Numbered from the stretch's first letter, positions 50,246-63,334 are shown. The stretch: DNA of 64,000 nt from Mobula hypostoma (GCF_963921235.1 NC_086113.1:29140001-29204000), one strand, 5' to 3'. Numbers and translations: made by a program. Notes: generated from the letters alone by a model not told the origin.

Positions 50246-50471
50246 TGGTAGCACAACATGGAGGAGTGGAATATCCGTGATACTACCTTCCTGCAGTACT
50301 GATATAATTGGATCACAATATAGTCATGGGCACAGAAGGAGACTATGGGCCCATTAGGACCATTATATCTGAGCCAGCATTTTACTTAAGCAAGTCTCTT
50401 AATTCACTTCCTGTCCCTTCTCCATATCCTCACAACTTTAATAATAACATTTATTTTTGCCAATTCCCTCT

Positions 50472-50511
50472 TAGATAGATAGCTATACTTTATTGATCCC
50501 GAGGGAAATTG
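50472..50511 (-). mobile_element. ~40-bp extremely 5'-truncated Rex-like 3' end
   Basis: ATACTTTATTGATCCCGAGGGAAATTG is nearly identical to 8080-8106, but with a (CTAT)n tail. It sits in CR1 antisense sequence. Confidence 0.7.
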
Positions 50512-51550
50512 GAAAGGCCAACATGGACTCACTTCAACAATATTTGCCAGCAGTACAAAATTCATAGTTCAAAGTAAATATAGTACAAAGTATGTATACA
50601 TCACTGCATACTACCCTGAGATATTCTTGCAGGAATTCACAGTAGAACAAAGAAATATAATAGAATCAATGAAAACTTAGATAAAGTTTTAGATAAAAGA
50701 ACAATCCTTTTTAAAAATCTCTCTCTGTTCTTATTTATTCATTCCTCATCTATTAGTGTATAGTATAGTGAGAATGGCTCCAGGGCAGTGTTTTGTAACA
50801 TGGAGGATGTGGGAAGTCTTCAGCCTCCCAGGTAAACACATCTGCACCAGGTGTACCAAGCTGAGAGAACATATTAAGGAACTCAATGACCTTTGACTCA
50901 TGCGAGAGAATGAAAAGGTGATAGACTGGAGCTACGGGGATGTAGTTACCCCTAGGTTGTAGGCGACAGGTAATCGAGAGACTGTCAGGAGAAACAGGGG
51001 AAATGCACAGCCGGTGCAGAATACACCTGTGGACATTATCCTCAATAATAAGTATATAAATTTAGATACTTTGGAGGAGGACGACCTACCAGGGGAGAAC
51101 CACAGTAAACAGGTCTCTGGCACTAAGGCAAGTGCTATGGCTCAGAAGAGCAGAGAGGTGAAGCCATCTGCAGAGTTGATAAGAGATTCCTTAGTCAGAG
51201 AATCAGAGACAATATTCTGGTGGGTGCAATACAGACACTCGGATGGTATGTTGCTTCCCTGGCATCAGGATCAGAGATGCCTCAGGTGATGGTGAGGGTG
51301 AGCGGCCAGAAGTCTTGGTGCACAAGGTGAAGAGGTCCTGAAGAGAGATTTTAGGGAGTTAGGTAGAAAGCTGAGAAACAGCACCTCTAGCATAGTAATG
51401 TTTGGCTGCTGCCTGTGCTACGTGTCAATGAGGGTAGAATAGGACAATTTGGAAGGTAAATGCATGGCTGATGAACTGGGGTGGGGGGAAGGGGTTCAGA
51501 TTCATTGATAATTAGGATCTTTTCTGAGGAAGATATGACCTATGCAAAAG

Positions 51551-52036
51551 GAACGCAGACAAAACCCTGGAGCAACTCAGCAGGCCAGGCAATATCTATA
51601 GAAAACAGTATAGTCAACTTTTCGGAATGAGAATGGGAAGTAGAATTTAAATGGGTGGCTTCTATTATTCCACTTCCCATTCCCATTCTAACACGTCAGA
51701 CCATGGCCTCCTCTACTGCCAAGATGAAGCCACACTCAGGTTGGAGGAGCAACGCATTGTATTCCGTTAGAGTAGCCTCCAACCTAAAGGCATGAAAGGT
51801 CATGCCCCTCCACCTTCACCATTCCCCATTCCCATTTCCCTCTCACCTTATCTCCTTCCTAGACCATCACCTCCCTCCCTCTTCATCTTCTTTCCAGTCC
51901 TGCTGTAGGGTCTCGGCCTGAAATGTTGACTATACGCTTTTCCATTGATGCTGCCTGGCCTGCTGAGTTCCTCCAGCATTTTGTGTGTGTTGCTTGGATT
52001 TACAGCACCTGCAGATGTTCTCTTGTTTGTGATTGT
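51551..52036 (+). mobile_element. Penelope-like insertion with inverted terminus and 13-bp TSD in CR1 ORF1
   Basis: TSD ACCTATGCAAAAG (51538-51550) and ACCTATACAAAAG (52037-52049). Encodes HGLLYCQDEATLRLEEQRIVFR...LQPKGM, resembling a GIY-YIG C-terminus. 51552-51625 is an inverted copy of about 51918-51991. Confidence 0.8.
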
Positions 52037-53192
52037 ACCTATACAAAAGCAATGGGTTACACCTGAACCTGGCGGGAGTGGGGTCCAATGTCCTTCTGGG
52101 TAGGTTGGAGACTTGTTCAGGTGGGTTTAAACGAATTTGGCAGGGGGATGTGAACCGGACTGATAGTGCTAAAAATGAGGTAGTTGGTTTACAGAGACAA
52201 TGTGCAGTGAGACTAAGCAAGGAGAGACTGATGATAGGGCAAAATTGCACTCAACAGGATGAACCGCAACATAAAAGGCAGACCAGATCAAAAAAGGTGA
52301 AAACAGAACTGAAGGTGTTATATTTGAATGTGCGTAGTCTATGGAATAAGGTCGATGAACTTGTAGCACAGTTACAGATTGACAAGTATGATGTTGTAGG
52401 CATCAGTAAACCATGGCTGAAAGAAGATTATAGCTGGGAGCTTAATGTCTAAGGATACACATTGTATTGAAAGGGTAGGCAGGAAGGCAGAGGGGCTGGT
52501 GTGGCTCTGTTGGTGAAAAATTAAATTAAATCATTAGAAAGAGGTGACATAAGGTTAGAAGGTGATAAATCATCATGGATAGAGCTAAGGAACTGCAAGA
52601 GTAAAAGACCCTGATGGAAGTTTAATACAGATCCCAAACGGGAGAAAGGATGTGATCTGTAAGTTACAACAGGAGATAGAAAATGCATGCCAAAAGGATA
52701 ATTTTACAACAGTCATGGGGTATTTCAATATGTAGCTAGATTGGGAAATCAAATTAGTGTGGGATACCAAGAGGAAGAATTTCTACAATGCCTCCAAGAT
52801 AGCTTTTTAGAGCAGCTCATGGTTGAGTACACTAGAGGATCAGCTATTCTGGATTGAGTGTTGTGCAATGAACCAAACTGATTGGAGAGCTTAAGGTAAA
52901 AGAACACTTAGGGGTCAGTGATCATAATATGATAGAATTCACCCTGAAATTTGAGAAGGCGAATCTAAAGTCCTGTGTATCAGTATTACAGTGGAGTAAA
53001 GGAATTTATGGAGGCATGAGAGAGGAACTGGACAGAATTGATTGGAAAAGAACACTGGCAGGGATGATGGCAGAGCAGCAATGACCGGAATTTCTGAAAT
53101 CAATTTGAAGGCAAAGAATTTACATGTCGTAAGGAAGGAAAAACTATTTTAAAGGCAAGATGATACAACCCTGGCAAACAAGAGATGTCAAA

Positions 53193-53340
53193 TGGAGCTT
53201 GGAGCTTAGAATGTACATGGAGTTTAGAAAAATAGAGGCTATGGGTAAGCCTAGGTAGTTCTAAGGTAAAGACTTATTCGGCACAACTTTGTAAGCTGAA
53301 GGGTATGTATTGTGCTGTAGGTTTTCTATGTTTCTATGTT
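53193..53340 (+). mobile_element. Short CR1 3' end inserted in CR1 ORF2
   Basis: (TTTCTATG)2 tail; TSD TCAAA at 53188-53192 and 53341-53345. Confidence 0.8.
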
Positions 53341-55324
53341 TCAAAGCCAACATAAAAGCCAAAAAGAGGCCATGTAATAGAACAAAATTTCATAGGAAGT
53401 TCAAGGATTGTGAAGTTTTTAAATGCTAACAGCAGGCAACTATAAAAAAAATCATTAAGAAGGTAAAGATGGAAAACTAAAGTAACTTAGCCAATAATAT
53501 TAAAGAAGATATCAAAAGTTTCTCCATATACATGCAGTGTAAAAGAGAGGCAAGAGCAGATATCAGACTGCTGTAAAACTATGCTGGAGAGGTTGTAATC
53601 GGGACAGCGAAATGGCAAATAAACTGAATAAATATTTTGCATTAGTGTTCGCTGTGGAAGACACTGGCAGTATGGTGGAAGTTCCAGTTGACAGGGGTCA
53701 TGAAGGGTGTGACATAACCATTACTAGAGAGAAGGCTCTTGGGAAACTGAAAGGTCTGAAGGTAGGTAAGTCACCCAGACCCGATGGAGTACACTCCAGG
53801 GTTCTGAAAGGGGTGGCTAAAGAAATATGGAGGCATTAGTAATGATCATTTAATAATCAATTGATTCTGGAATGGTTCCAAAAGACTAGAAAATTGCAAA
53901 TGTTACTCCACTCTTCAAGAGAGAGTGGCAGAAGAAATTAAATTATAGGCCACTTAGTCTAAATTCAGTGGTTGGGAAGATGTTGGAGACGATTGTTAAG
54001 GATATACTTTCAGGGTAATTGAAGGCACATGGGCACATTGGCCATGGGCAGTATGGTTTCCTCAAGGGAAAATCTTACCTGTCAAATCTGTTGGAATTCT
54101 TTGAAGAAATAACAAGTAGGATAGACAAAGGAGAATCAGTTGATGCTATGTACTTGGATTTTCAGAGAGACTTTGACAAGGTGCTACATGTGAGACTACT
54201 TAACAAGCTATGAGCCTGTGATATTACAGGAAAGATTCTAGCATGGATAAAGCAGTGGCTGTTTGGCAGGAGGCAAAGAGTGGGAATAAAGAGAGCCTTT
54301 TCCAGCTGGCTGGCAGTGACTAATGATGTTCCACACGGGTTAGTGTTGGGACTGATACTTCTAATGTTGTATGTCAATGATTCGGATGTTGGAATTGATG
54401 GCTTTGTTGCAAAGTTTGCAGACAATAAGAAAATGGATGAAGAAGCAGGTGGTATTGAGGAAATGAGGAGGGTATAAAAGGACTTAGACAGATTAGGAGA
54501 ATGGACAAAGAAGTGGCAGATGGAATACAGTGTCATGAAGTGTATGGTCATATACTCGGGAAGAAGAAATGAAAGGGTTGACTATTTTCTAAATGGGAGA
54601 AAGTGCAAAAATCTGAAGTGCAAAGGGATTTAGAAGTTCTTGTGTGGACTTTCCTAAAGGCTAATTTGCAGATTGCCTCTAGTGAGGAAGGCAAATACAA
54701 TGTTGGTATTCATTTCAAGAGGACTAGAACATAAAAGCAAGGATGTAATGTTGATATTTAATAAGGCACTAGGAGGCCTCACTTGGAGTATTGTGAGCAG
54801 TTTTGGGCCCATTATCTCAGAAATGATGTACTAAAACTAGAGAGGGTTCAAAGAAATTTCACAAAAATGATTCCAGGATTAAACAGCTTGTCATATGAAG
54901 AGTGTTTTGATAACTTTGGGCCTGTATTCACTGGAATTTAGAAGAATGAGGGTGACCTAATGGAAACCTATCAATTGGTGAGAGGCCTTGATAGAGTGGA
55001 TCTGGACAGGATGCTTCCTACAGCCTCAGAATACAGGGGCATCCTTTTAGAACAGAGATGAGGAGGAATTTCTTTAGCTAGAGAGTGGTGAATCTGTGGA
55101 ATTCATTGCCACAGGTGGCTGTGAAGGCCAAGACTTTATGTTTATTTGAGGCAGACGTTGATAAATTCTTGATTGGTCAGGGCATGATGGGATATGAAAG
55201 GAAGGCAGGAGAATGGGGCTGATAGGAAATTTGGATCAGCTATGGTGAAATGGCAAAGTAGGCTCCATGGGCCAAATGGCCTAATTCTACTCTTATATCT
55301 TATGGTATTATGGTCTAATATGTG

Positions 55325-55955
55325 TTGTAGATTTCTTGATCCTGAGTCCATAGGTTGTCTTCAATGACCAGTTCAGTATTGAGGTGAATGAAGTTAACCA
55401 GGCTAGTTCACATTCAACTTCAAATGTTGGCTGAAGGGTAACACCTTTTCTTGTACCTGATGGTGTGGGACTTGAAGCTCCTGTACCTCCTTCCTGAAAA
55501 CAGCAGTGAGAAGACAGCTTGGACTGGATGATAAAGGTCCTTGATATTGGATGCTGCTTTTTTGTGTGCTTGTAGATGTGCTCAAAGGTCAGGAGGGCTT
55601 CACCAATGATGGACCAAGCTGTATCCACCAGTTTTATGGGGTTTTCCATTCAAGGGCATTTGTGTTTCCATACCAGGCTGTGATGTAACCAGTAAGTAAA
55701 CCCTCCATCGCACATCTGAAGTGTGTCAAAATTTTGGAGGATGTGCAAACTTCTTAGAGTGTAGAGGCATTGCCAGAACTTTTTTGACATGTGATTTATA
55801 TGCTGGGTCCAGGGCAGAACCTTTGAAAAGATCACGCCAAGGAATTTAAAGTTACTCACCCTTTTCGCCTGTGACCCTCAAATGAGGATCAGCTCATGGA
55901 CCCCCAATCTCTTCCTACGCTAGTCAATAATCAGCTCTTTGTTTTTGCTGATATT
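55325..55955 (-). mobile_element. Rex1/Babar-like fragment
   Basis: ORF 55650..55859 reads SNFKFLGVIFSKVLPW..KKFWQCLYTLR. Confidence 0.75.
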
Positions 55956-56109
55956 CCATATTCCATTTAATAATGCTTTCCTTAAGTTGTCGTAATTCTC
56001 TTTCTCTTTATTTTATGCCTGTGAATTCTAGCCCTTGAACCCTTCCAACAGGATAACCTCCCACTGTCCACTCCGTCTAGACCTCTGATCATTTTGTTTA
56101 TTTCAATCC

Positions 56110-57008
56110 TGACAATGATGAGATGGCCTTCAGAGAGGATGTGGGAAAGCTTGAGAACTGGTGCCTGCCAAATAACCTCTTCCTCGATGTCTACAAGACA
56201 AAGGAGATGCTTATCGACTTCAGGAGAACTCTCACCACTCAATTCCCTCTTTACATTGGCAGCACTGCAGCGGAATCTGCGAGCAGTTTCAAACTCCTGG
56301 GATTGTACATCTCGCACAACCTCGGAAGCCCCAGTACTCATCCTATACAATCAAGAAAGATAACCAGAACCTCTACTTACTGAGGAAGCTGAAGAGAGCT
56401 GGACTATGCACATCATGACTTATGTCTTACTACGGATGCACAGCCGGGAGCATCTTAACATGCTGCATCACTGCATGGTATGGAAAGTACACTCTGGCAG
56501 AGAAGGTGGCTCTACATCAGGTAGTCAAAACTGCCCAATACATCACTGGAACACACCTTCACAGCATCAAGGCCATATCTACAGAAAAGCATCAGAAAAA
56601 GGCCAACAATGTCATAAAGGATCCCACCTACCCTGCTCATGGACTGTTTCTCTCTCTCCCATCAGGGAGGAGGCTACATAGCATCCATGCCAGGACCACC
56701 AGACTCAAAAATAATTACCTTCACCACGCAATAAGACACATCAAATTCTTCACCCACTATCCCACATCTCCACACCCCCAACCACCACTACTTTATCATT
56801 TCCTGTCAAAGTCAACTTATGTATTGACACTTCTGTGCCTAACTTCACTTTATGGACATACCATCAATATATAATTTTTATTCTGTTCCTTATCTTATTG
56901 TGTTTTTTGATGCTGCGTCAGATCCAGAGCAATAATTATTTTGTTCTCCTTTACACTTTTGTACAGGAAATAACTTTAAATTATCTTGAATCTTGTTCTT
57001 GAATCTTG
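56110..57008 (+). mobile_element. Rex1/Babar-like LINE 3' part inserted in antisense CR1
   Basis: ORFs 56123..56383 (WCLPNNL..KTKEMLIDFRR..FKLLG) and 56422..56874 (ILTCCITAWYG..LPSGRRL); (TCTTGAA)n tail; possible TSD AATCC. Confidence 0.88.
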
Positions 57009-59017
57009 AATCCCCTTCATCCTTATCTGCTGTAAAGAGCTTTGCAGACCTTCAAATCTATCCTTGCAACCACACTCTTTTCTGACCTTTAGTAAAATGG
57101 AAAAATACAATGGTTCATGGAAAATGGGATTAATGTAGATAGAATCAAAAAATGGTATTGACAGGATGGGACCAAAGGGCTGTTTTTGTACACTTTGACT
57201 CTGACACAGTGCTCACTTTGGACAAACAATGGCAAATCCTGAAGAAGCTGTGATGATCAATTTATTGCGGTTATGTGTTTAAAGCCAGCTGCTGAAGAGA
57301 AGGCACAAAACAACACTGGGTTCATCTAAGATGTTCCTTGTTCATCAAGTAAAAAATAAATCCCATTTAAATCCCAAGATACTTAGAAGTCCAAGAATCT
57401 GAAAATGGCAGTTAAAATATTGATCCCATTATTGTTAACTATATATGTATTTGTGAAACGCTTTTTGAAAATGCGCAATCAATGTGGTACATTTGAATGC
57501 AAATGAAACATACATACTGTATATGTGGGAAAAGTTGCACATTTGACACAAAAATACACATCAACAGTTATCAGCCTTCAATGTAGAGTTAACAAAAGTA
57601 CTGAACTTGTTCCCTGGAGTTAATATAGTATTCTCTAACCCAAGCTACAGTGGTTACAGAAAGTCTCCAAATACAGCACACTAGTAAAGAGTACAGTTAA
57701 TGTTATATATATTCTCCCAATACACCAAAGAGTACAAGTATATTCAATTGATAGTCAGCAGCTCTTCAAGAATAAAACTTATCATCATCTTCTCAAGATC
57801 AATTAGAGATAGGAAATAAATGTCAGTAATTCCCACAAACAGCAAATTAGTGACAAAAAGTTCACTTTCTATGAAATTATACTAACAATTTTAACAACAT
57901 TCCTTTCAAATCTCATCCTCACTATGCAAAATAGGGTGATATTAGAATTAATCCAGTTCCCATTTTTTAGTAAGTGTTGAATAGTGCATACTGCATGCTG
58001 GAGAACTGTTTAATCGTGAATCCTCTCTCCACTTCTGCATTTACTCATGCCCTTCACTGCTCATGAATGGGGTCAGTAGCATACGTTGACACATGGGGGT
58101 ATTTTTTTTCTCTCTCTTTAGGTGAAGGCATTATAAGCAGCAATTAAGCATTTATGCTAACTTACTGAGGCTTGACTCATGTGCATATTACATTAGTAGA
58201 GTCCAATAAAACTGGAGATAAAACAGCAGAGGGGGCTGGCACACTTCCAAAGGGGATCTGACCAGGACACATCTATTTAACGTTGATTGTTTTCTATCTC
58301 GACAAAAATCTGCCTGCAGCAGCAGGATCCACAATAGTGCTGGCAAATTAAGAAGGAAGGCACAGGAGCACTTTGGCAAAATTTAATGCATGGGAAATGC
58401 ACTCCCAGGATTTTGTGCTGTTTAATTCAAAGTGTGATTACCAAAATGAAACTTTGTCAAATATTACAGGCTGTTTCAACTCTTGGATGAAGAGGAGGCC
58501 TGGCACTGAGATACGTAGAAGTGGCTTAATCACTTAACCAGTTTTAACAGCAAACTTATTATCATTTCAACTGGCAACTCACCAACAAAAACAATCAACT
58601 AAAAACTGAAACTATTGAAGTCAAATCGCTTGCAGCAAGTTGTTAGATCTGCAGCTGGAAATACTAGAATTCTTAAGCAGTTGTTCTTGGTGCATATAAT
58701 ATCAAAAAAAATAGAATTTGTGTAGAAGAAATGCAAGAAAGTCTATTTTTTCTAACTATCAGTTCACCTGCTTTCAATAAGAATATGGTAAAGCAAAATT
58801 CACTCATTTGCAAATGGTGATTAAGTAAATTAACTGGACCTCATTTGTTTTTGATCAATAGCACAAGGACTAATGGAAGAAAAGGTCTTCTACCACGTTT
58901 TCTATTCTGTTTAAATATAGTAATTTAAACTCGTATGTATAGAGAGAAGTTCAATGTTAAATATAAATATCACATTCAAAAAAATTAAACTTTCTGAATT
59001 TTCCATTTTTCAACATT

Positions 59018-60112
59018 CAGTAGCACTGACATCAGCTGTGTTGAAGTGCTTTGACAGATTGGTGATGAAGCATATCAACTCCTGCCTGAGGAGTGACTAG
59101 GATGCACTCCAATTTTCCTACAGTCAGAACAGGTCAACAGCAGATGCTATTTCATTGCATATACATTCAATCCTGGAACATCTGGACAGTGATGATGCGT
59201 TCATCAGGATGCTCTTCATCGACTACTGCTCAGCATTCAACAATATCATCTCCTCAAAACTAATCAATAAGGTCGAAAACCTTGGCCTCAATACCTCCTT
59301 AAGCAACAAAACCTTTGATTTGCTTACTTACAGACCACAGTCAGTATGAATTTGCAACAACATTTCCTCAACAATCAACATCAGCACAGGAGCACTACAA
59401 AGTTGTATGCTTAGCCCCCTGTTTTACTCATTTTACACTAATGGCTGTAAGGCTAAGCACAGCTCCAATGCCATATTAAAGTTTACTGATGACACTACTG
59501 CTGTTGGTGGAATCAAAGGTTGTGATGAATAAGCAGAAAGGAGGGAGACTGAAAATCTGGCTGAGTGGTGCTACAACAACCTTTCACTCAATGTCAGCAA
59601 GATCAAGAAGCTGATTATTCACTACAGGAGGAGGAAACCAGAGATCCATAAGCCAGTCCTCATTGGGGGTTCAGACGTGGAGAGCATCAGCAACTTAAAT
59701 TCCTTGGCATTATCATTTCAGAAGTTCAGTTCTGGGTCCAGCAAGTAAGTGCCATTAACAAAAAAGCACGCTGTGCCTCTACTTTGTTAAAAGCTCACTC
59801 AGATTCCGCATTTCATCTAAAACTTTGATAAATTTCTAAAGATATGTAGTCAGAGAGTTAATTGACTGACCGCATCGCAGCCTGGTATGGAAACACTAAT
59901 ACTTTTGAATGGAAAATCCTACAAAAAGTAGTGGATACAACACAATACATTGCAAGTAAAGCTCTTCCCGCCATTGAGCACATCTGCGTGGAGCATTGTT
60001 GCAGGAAAGCAGCATCCATCATCAGCAACCCCCACCACCCAGGATATGTTCACTTCTCACTGTTGCCATCACGAAGAAGGCACAGGAGCCTCAGTTCCCA
60101 CACCAGCAGGTT
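59018..60112 (+). mobile_element. Rex1/Babar-like RT fragment
   Basis: VALTSAVLKCFDRLV; IRMLFIDYCSAFN; KFTDDT; AAWYGN; HPGYVHFSLLPS. Confidence 0.88.
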
Positions 60113-61299
60113 TGGGTTATCTCATAAATCTTTTACAGGTATAGTCTAATTTTGAGCGTTCCTTACTCTGAAGGTAAATTCCTTGCTCTGAGGGTTCTCG
60201 AGGTTAAGAAGCATCTCCTTCTCTTCCAGATGACTTACATTTTGTGATGCATTGACTGTCCTACATCACGACTTTCCAGCTTGTTTGTATCTTTTCGTTC
60301 ATAATTTTAAATGAAGAGAAACCTGTGGTCCATTTTTAAAATATCAAGATTGCCTTCAGTTTCTGATCAATGATCAGAAATTGCTCAGACGGCAAAAGAT
60401 AACGTAATGGTGGGTAAAGCCCTACAGTCAATTAAAACTCATCCACGAGTACATTATCGCTCCTATTTTAGCAACCAGATTTATTTTAAACAAATTAGGC
60501 CTTGAAGTCCCTCAGTGGAATAGCAGTGCATGAATACTTAACAAATTCAGATGAAGTTTGTCTTTCCATTAATTGAGGAGCCCATCTAGTTCATTTAAAG
60601 AAGCTAACAGAGAGAATACTGAAAAATGAACTGGGTGTTGCTAGTATTTTTGTTTTTGTAAATCTCCCCTGCTGATTGCTGCAGACATTGGTAATTTTTA
60701 AAAATTAGTTTGACATCTACTTTGTTTAATTTAACAACTTTAGATTTTTATCTGCTTATTTTGACTTTGTAATTGTATGACAGATTTACCTAAACTTATG
60801 CTCTCATTTCTTTTGTGAAATATAATGCCCCCATGTTGAGATGATGTTAACTGAACACAAATATAACTTTGAATTTAGCCAGTGTTTACTGGGCTGACAT
60901 AATTTATTATTGAGATTTGGTCTTGTTCTTCTCTGTAAATTATTTCCGTATGTTAGTTTTTGTACCTTTTCATCAGATTTGTAAGACAACTCAGTTTGGT
61001 CCAACACATTAACCAAGCAGCTTAGTTTAGAGAAGGGTAACACACTTCAAAGAAAAAGAAAAATTACTAGTTAACAAAAAAAAGGATTAGAACTGCCATG
61101 ATTGTCCAGGGTTATCAGCACAATCAAACAATATACCTTCAGATGAAACCCCCAAAGAAATAATGGAGACTATTGATTCTGCACCAGACTAATGGGCCAA
61201 TAGTCAGTGGATGATGACTTGGACAAAGTCTGACTTCAAAATATAAAGCATGGTTATATACAGTAAAACCCAGTGTTAATTGCAAGCATTACCAGAAGA

Positions 61300-61545
61300 C
61301 AAAGGGGGAATAGGGGGAAGGAGGGAAAGGAGAGAGGCAGATAAGAAAATTCAAGGGATATAAAACCTTCATAGGAAGCGAGTGAAGATGCAAACTAGAA
61401 AGAAAAAAAAATACAAGAAAGGGAGAGGAAAGGAGGGGAGAGGAATAAGAAGAAAGAAGGTATAGGGGAAAATGGAATTGGGAAAGAGCATGTGAAATAG
61501 AGAGACAAAAGGGAGATTGAAGGTGAGAGAGGAAAGGAAGGGAAT
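61300..61545. repeat. Purine-rich low-complexity tract
   Basis: Almost pure A/G runs such as GGAAAGGAGGGGAGAGG. Confidence 0.7.
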
Positions 61546-62587
61546 GTGCGTGTCTGTTTGAAGAAACCTTCTGAAGTAAGTGTAAGACATGTTGTTTGCA
61601 AAGTGGAAACTCAAGATGTTTTCACCCATCTTTAAGACCGACAGGTCTCATTTGGGATGCACAACAGTCATTTCTACTGTGCCAACTCACTGGTGTGCAG
61701 TCAGTGACAGTAGTATATTTAGTGTTGGCTGTAAAAGGCTTACTGCTGCTTGCAGACAGCTATCTCATTAAGCGGTGTGTTACATAGATGTGACCAGTTT
61801 GGCTTTAAACTCAGAAGATCAGGTTAATTAAACTGGAGAAATCAGTCTTTAAATGATAAAAGGAAAGACAAAATGTCATCATGAACTGAAGTAGATGAAA
61901 ATAATCCCTGCTCCCTGCCTTGATATTTCACATATGATTTTGCCTCACTCAAACCAGTTGGTAGTTTTGCACGCAAAGGCATACAAGCACAAACTGTTAG
62001 TAAAGGATGAGATAAAGGCTTTGGAGAGAAAAAATCTTATCTCAGAAAATCAAGAAGGGGCATCAATCTAGGTGAAACTAAAAGGCAGCACATATTGTGG
62101 AAGTTGTCTTTTGGTCTGAAAATGCAGAAAATAGCATTTATAATAGAAGGCATAGATTAATAAGACTGGCAGATGCATATCTAGTAAGAGTGACAATATA
62201 ATCATGGAGGATTTTGATACACAAATATATTGGGAAACCAAATTAACGTTAATAGTGTAGGATGTAAAGCAAACTAGCCTGTTAAAAAAAGCTTCTATTA
62301 ATATGTAAAAAAGGCATAGGTTCGTAAAAGAAAAGTTAATGTGGATCCTTTACAGACTGAGGCTGAAGCAGATTGAGCCAATACTTACCTGACCTTAGAA
62401 GAATGGAAGGTGATCTCATTAAATGTAGAACATCAAATAAGCTGGTGTCTCAACCCAGAAGCCAATTTACAATAAATATCCTTCTCCTGTTTATCATCTG
62501 TATCCTTCCATTCCCTTAATATTCATGGATCTATCTAAAAGTCTCTTTAAACTCCATCAAACTGCCTGATTCTACTAGTACTCCTGG

Positions 62588-62745
62588 TAAACAACAGGAA
62601 TACTGCAGATGCTGGAAATTCAAGCAACACACATGAAAGTTGCTGGTGAACGCAGCAGGCCAGGCAACATCTCTAGGAAGAGGTGCAGTTGATGTTTCAG
62701 GTTGAGACCCTTTGTCAGGACTAACTGAAGGAAGAGTGAGTAAGG
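62588..62745 (-). mobile_element. Penelope-like terminal repeat with hammerhead-like core
   Basis: CTGCAGATGCTGGAAATTCAAGCAACACACA...GCAGGCCAGGCAACATCT...GTTTCAGGTTGAGACCCTTTGTCAGGACT. Confidence 0.75.
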
Positions 62746-62752
62746 GATTTAT

Positions 62753-63334
62753 TGTGAGGCTGACTGGCATTACCTGCATTTCCCTAGACCTCCAGGACTG
62801 TGCCTGTTGCTAGTGAGAAAACATCTCGAGTGGAGTGGAGTGTGGAGTGTGGAGTGTNNNNNNNNNNNNNNNNNNNNNNNNNNNNNNNNNNNNNNNNNNN
62901 NNNNNNNNNNNNNNNNNNNNNNNNNNNNNNNNNNNNNNNNNNNNNNNNNNNNNNNNNNNNNNNNNNNNNNNNNNNNNNNNNNNNNNNNNNNNNNNNNNNN
63001 NNNGTTTCTCATCATTACCTGTATTGCTGCCACCTGTGTCTCATTATGCTCCACCTATCATCTACTCTCTGTTTATTGCTCAATGTATTTCAGTCCTGTG
63101 TTTTTACCTGTTCCTTTTGCCAGATTGTGTCAGTGAATTTTACTGAGCCTTTCCAGCATTTGTATCTGTAGACTGTCAGAATATTGACTCTGCTTGTTTC
63201 CCAGTTCTGGTTTTTGGATTTCTCTGCTTGAACTTTGATGCTGATTTTGTTTGCACCTTGGGATTTGTTATTCAATTAATATCACTGTGTGCACAGTACT
63301 TGGTCTGTGATGAGATCCCTTCTCCAGTGCCATC
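62753..63334 (+). mobile_element. Possible solo LTR spanning the gap
   Basis: Begins TGTGAGG and ends CCATCA. Composition (CACCTG, TATTTCAG, T-rich 3' part) resembles fish Gypsy LTRs. No TSD found. Confidence 0.35.
62858..63003. other. Assembly gap (146 N) preceded by a short GGAGT(GT) tandem repeat
   Basis: Run of N; GAGTGGAGTGGAGTGTGGAGTGTGGAGTGT lies immediately upstream. Confidence 0.99.

Larger units (their letters stand above)
50770..55320 (+). mobile_element. Near-full-length decayed CR1
   Basis: ORF1 with HICTRC zinc motif and esterase (YKSNGLHLN). ORF2 starts LKVLYLNVRSLWNK; SDHNMI; YLDFQRDFDKV; KFADN; tail CTTATGGTATTATGGTCT. Confidence 0.92.

Noticed and set aside
62770-63171. 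ORFs spanning 62.8-63.2 kb
   Set aside because: They are artefacts of translating through the N gap.
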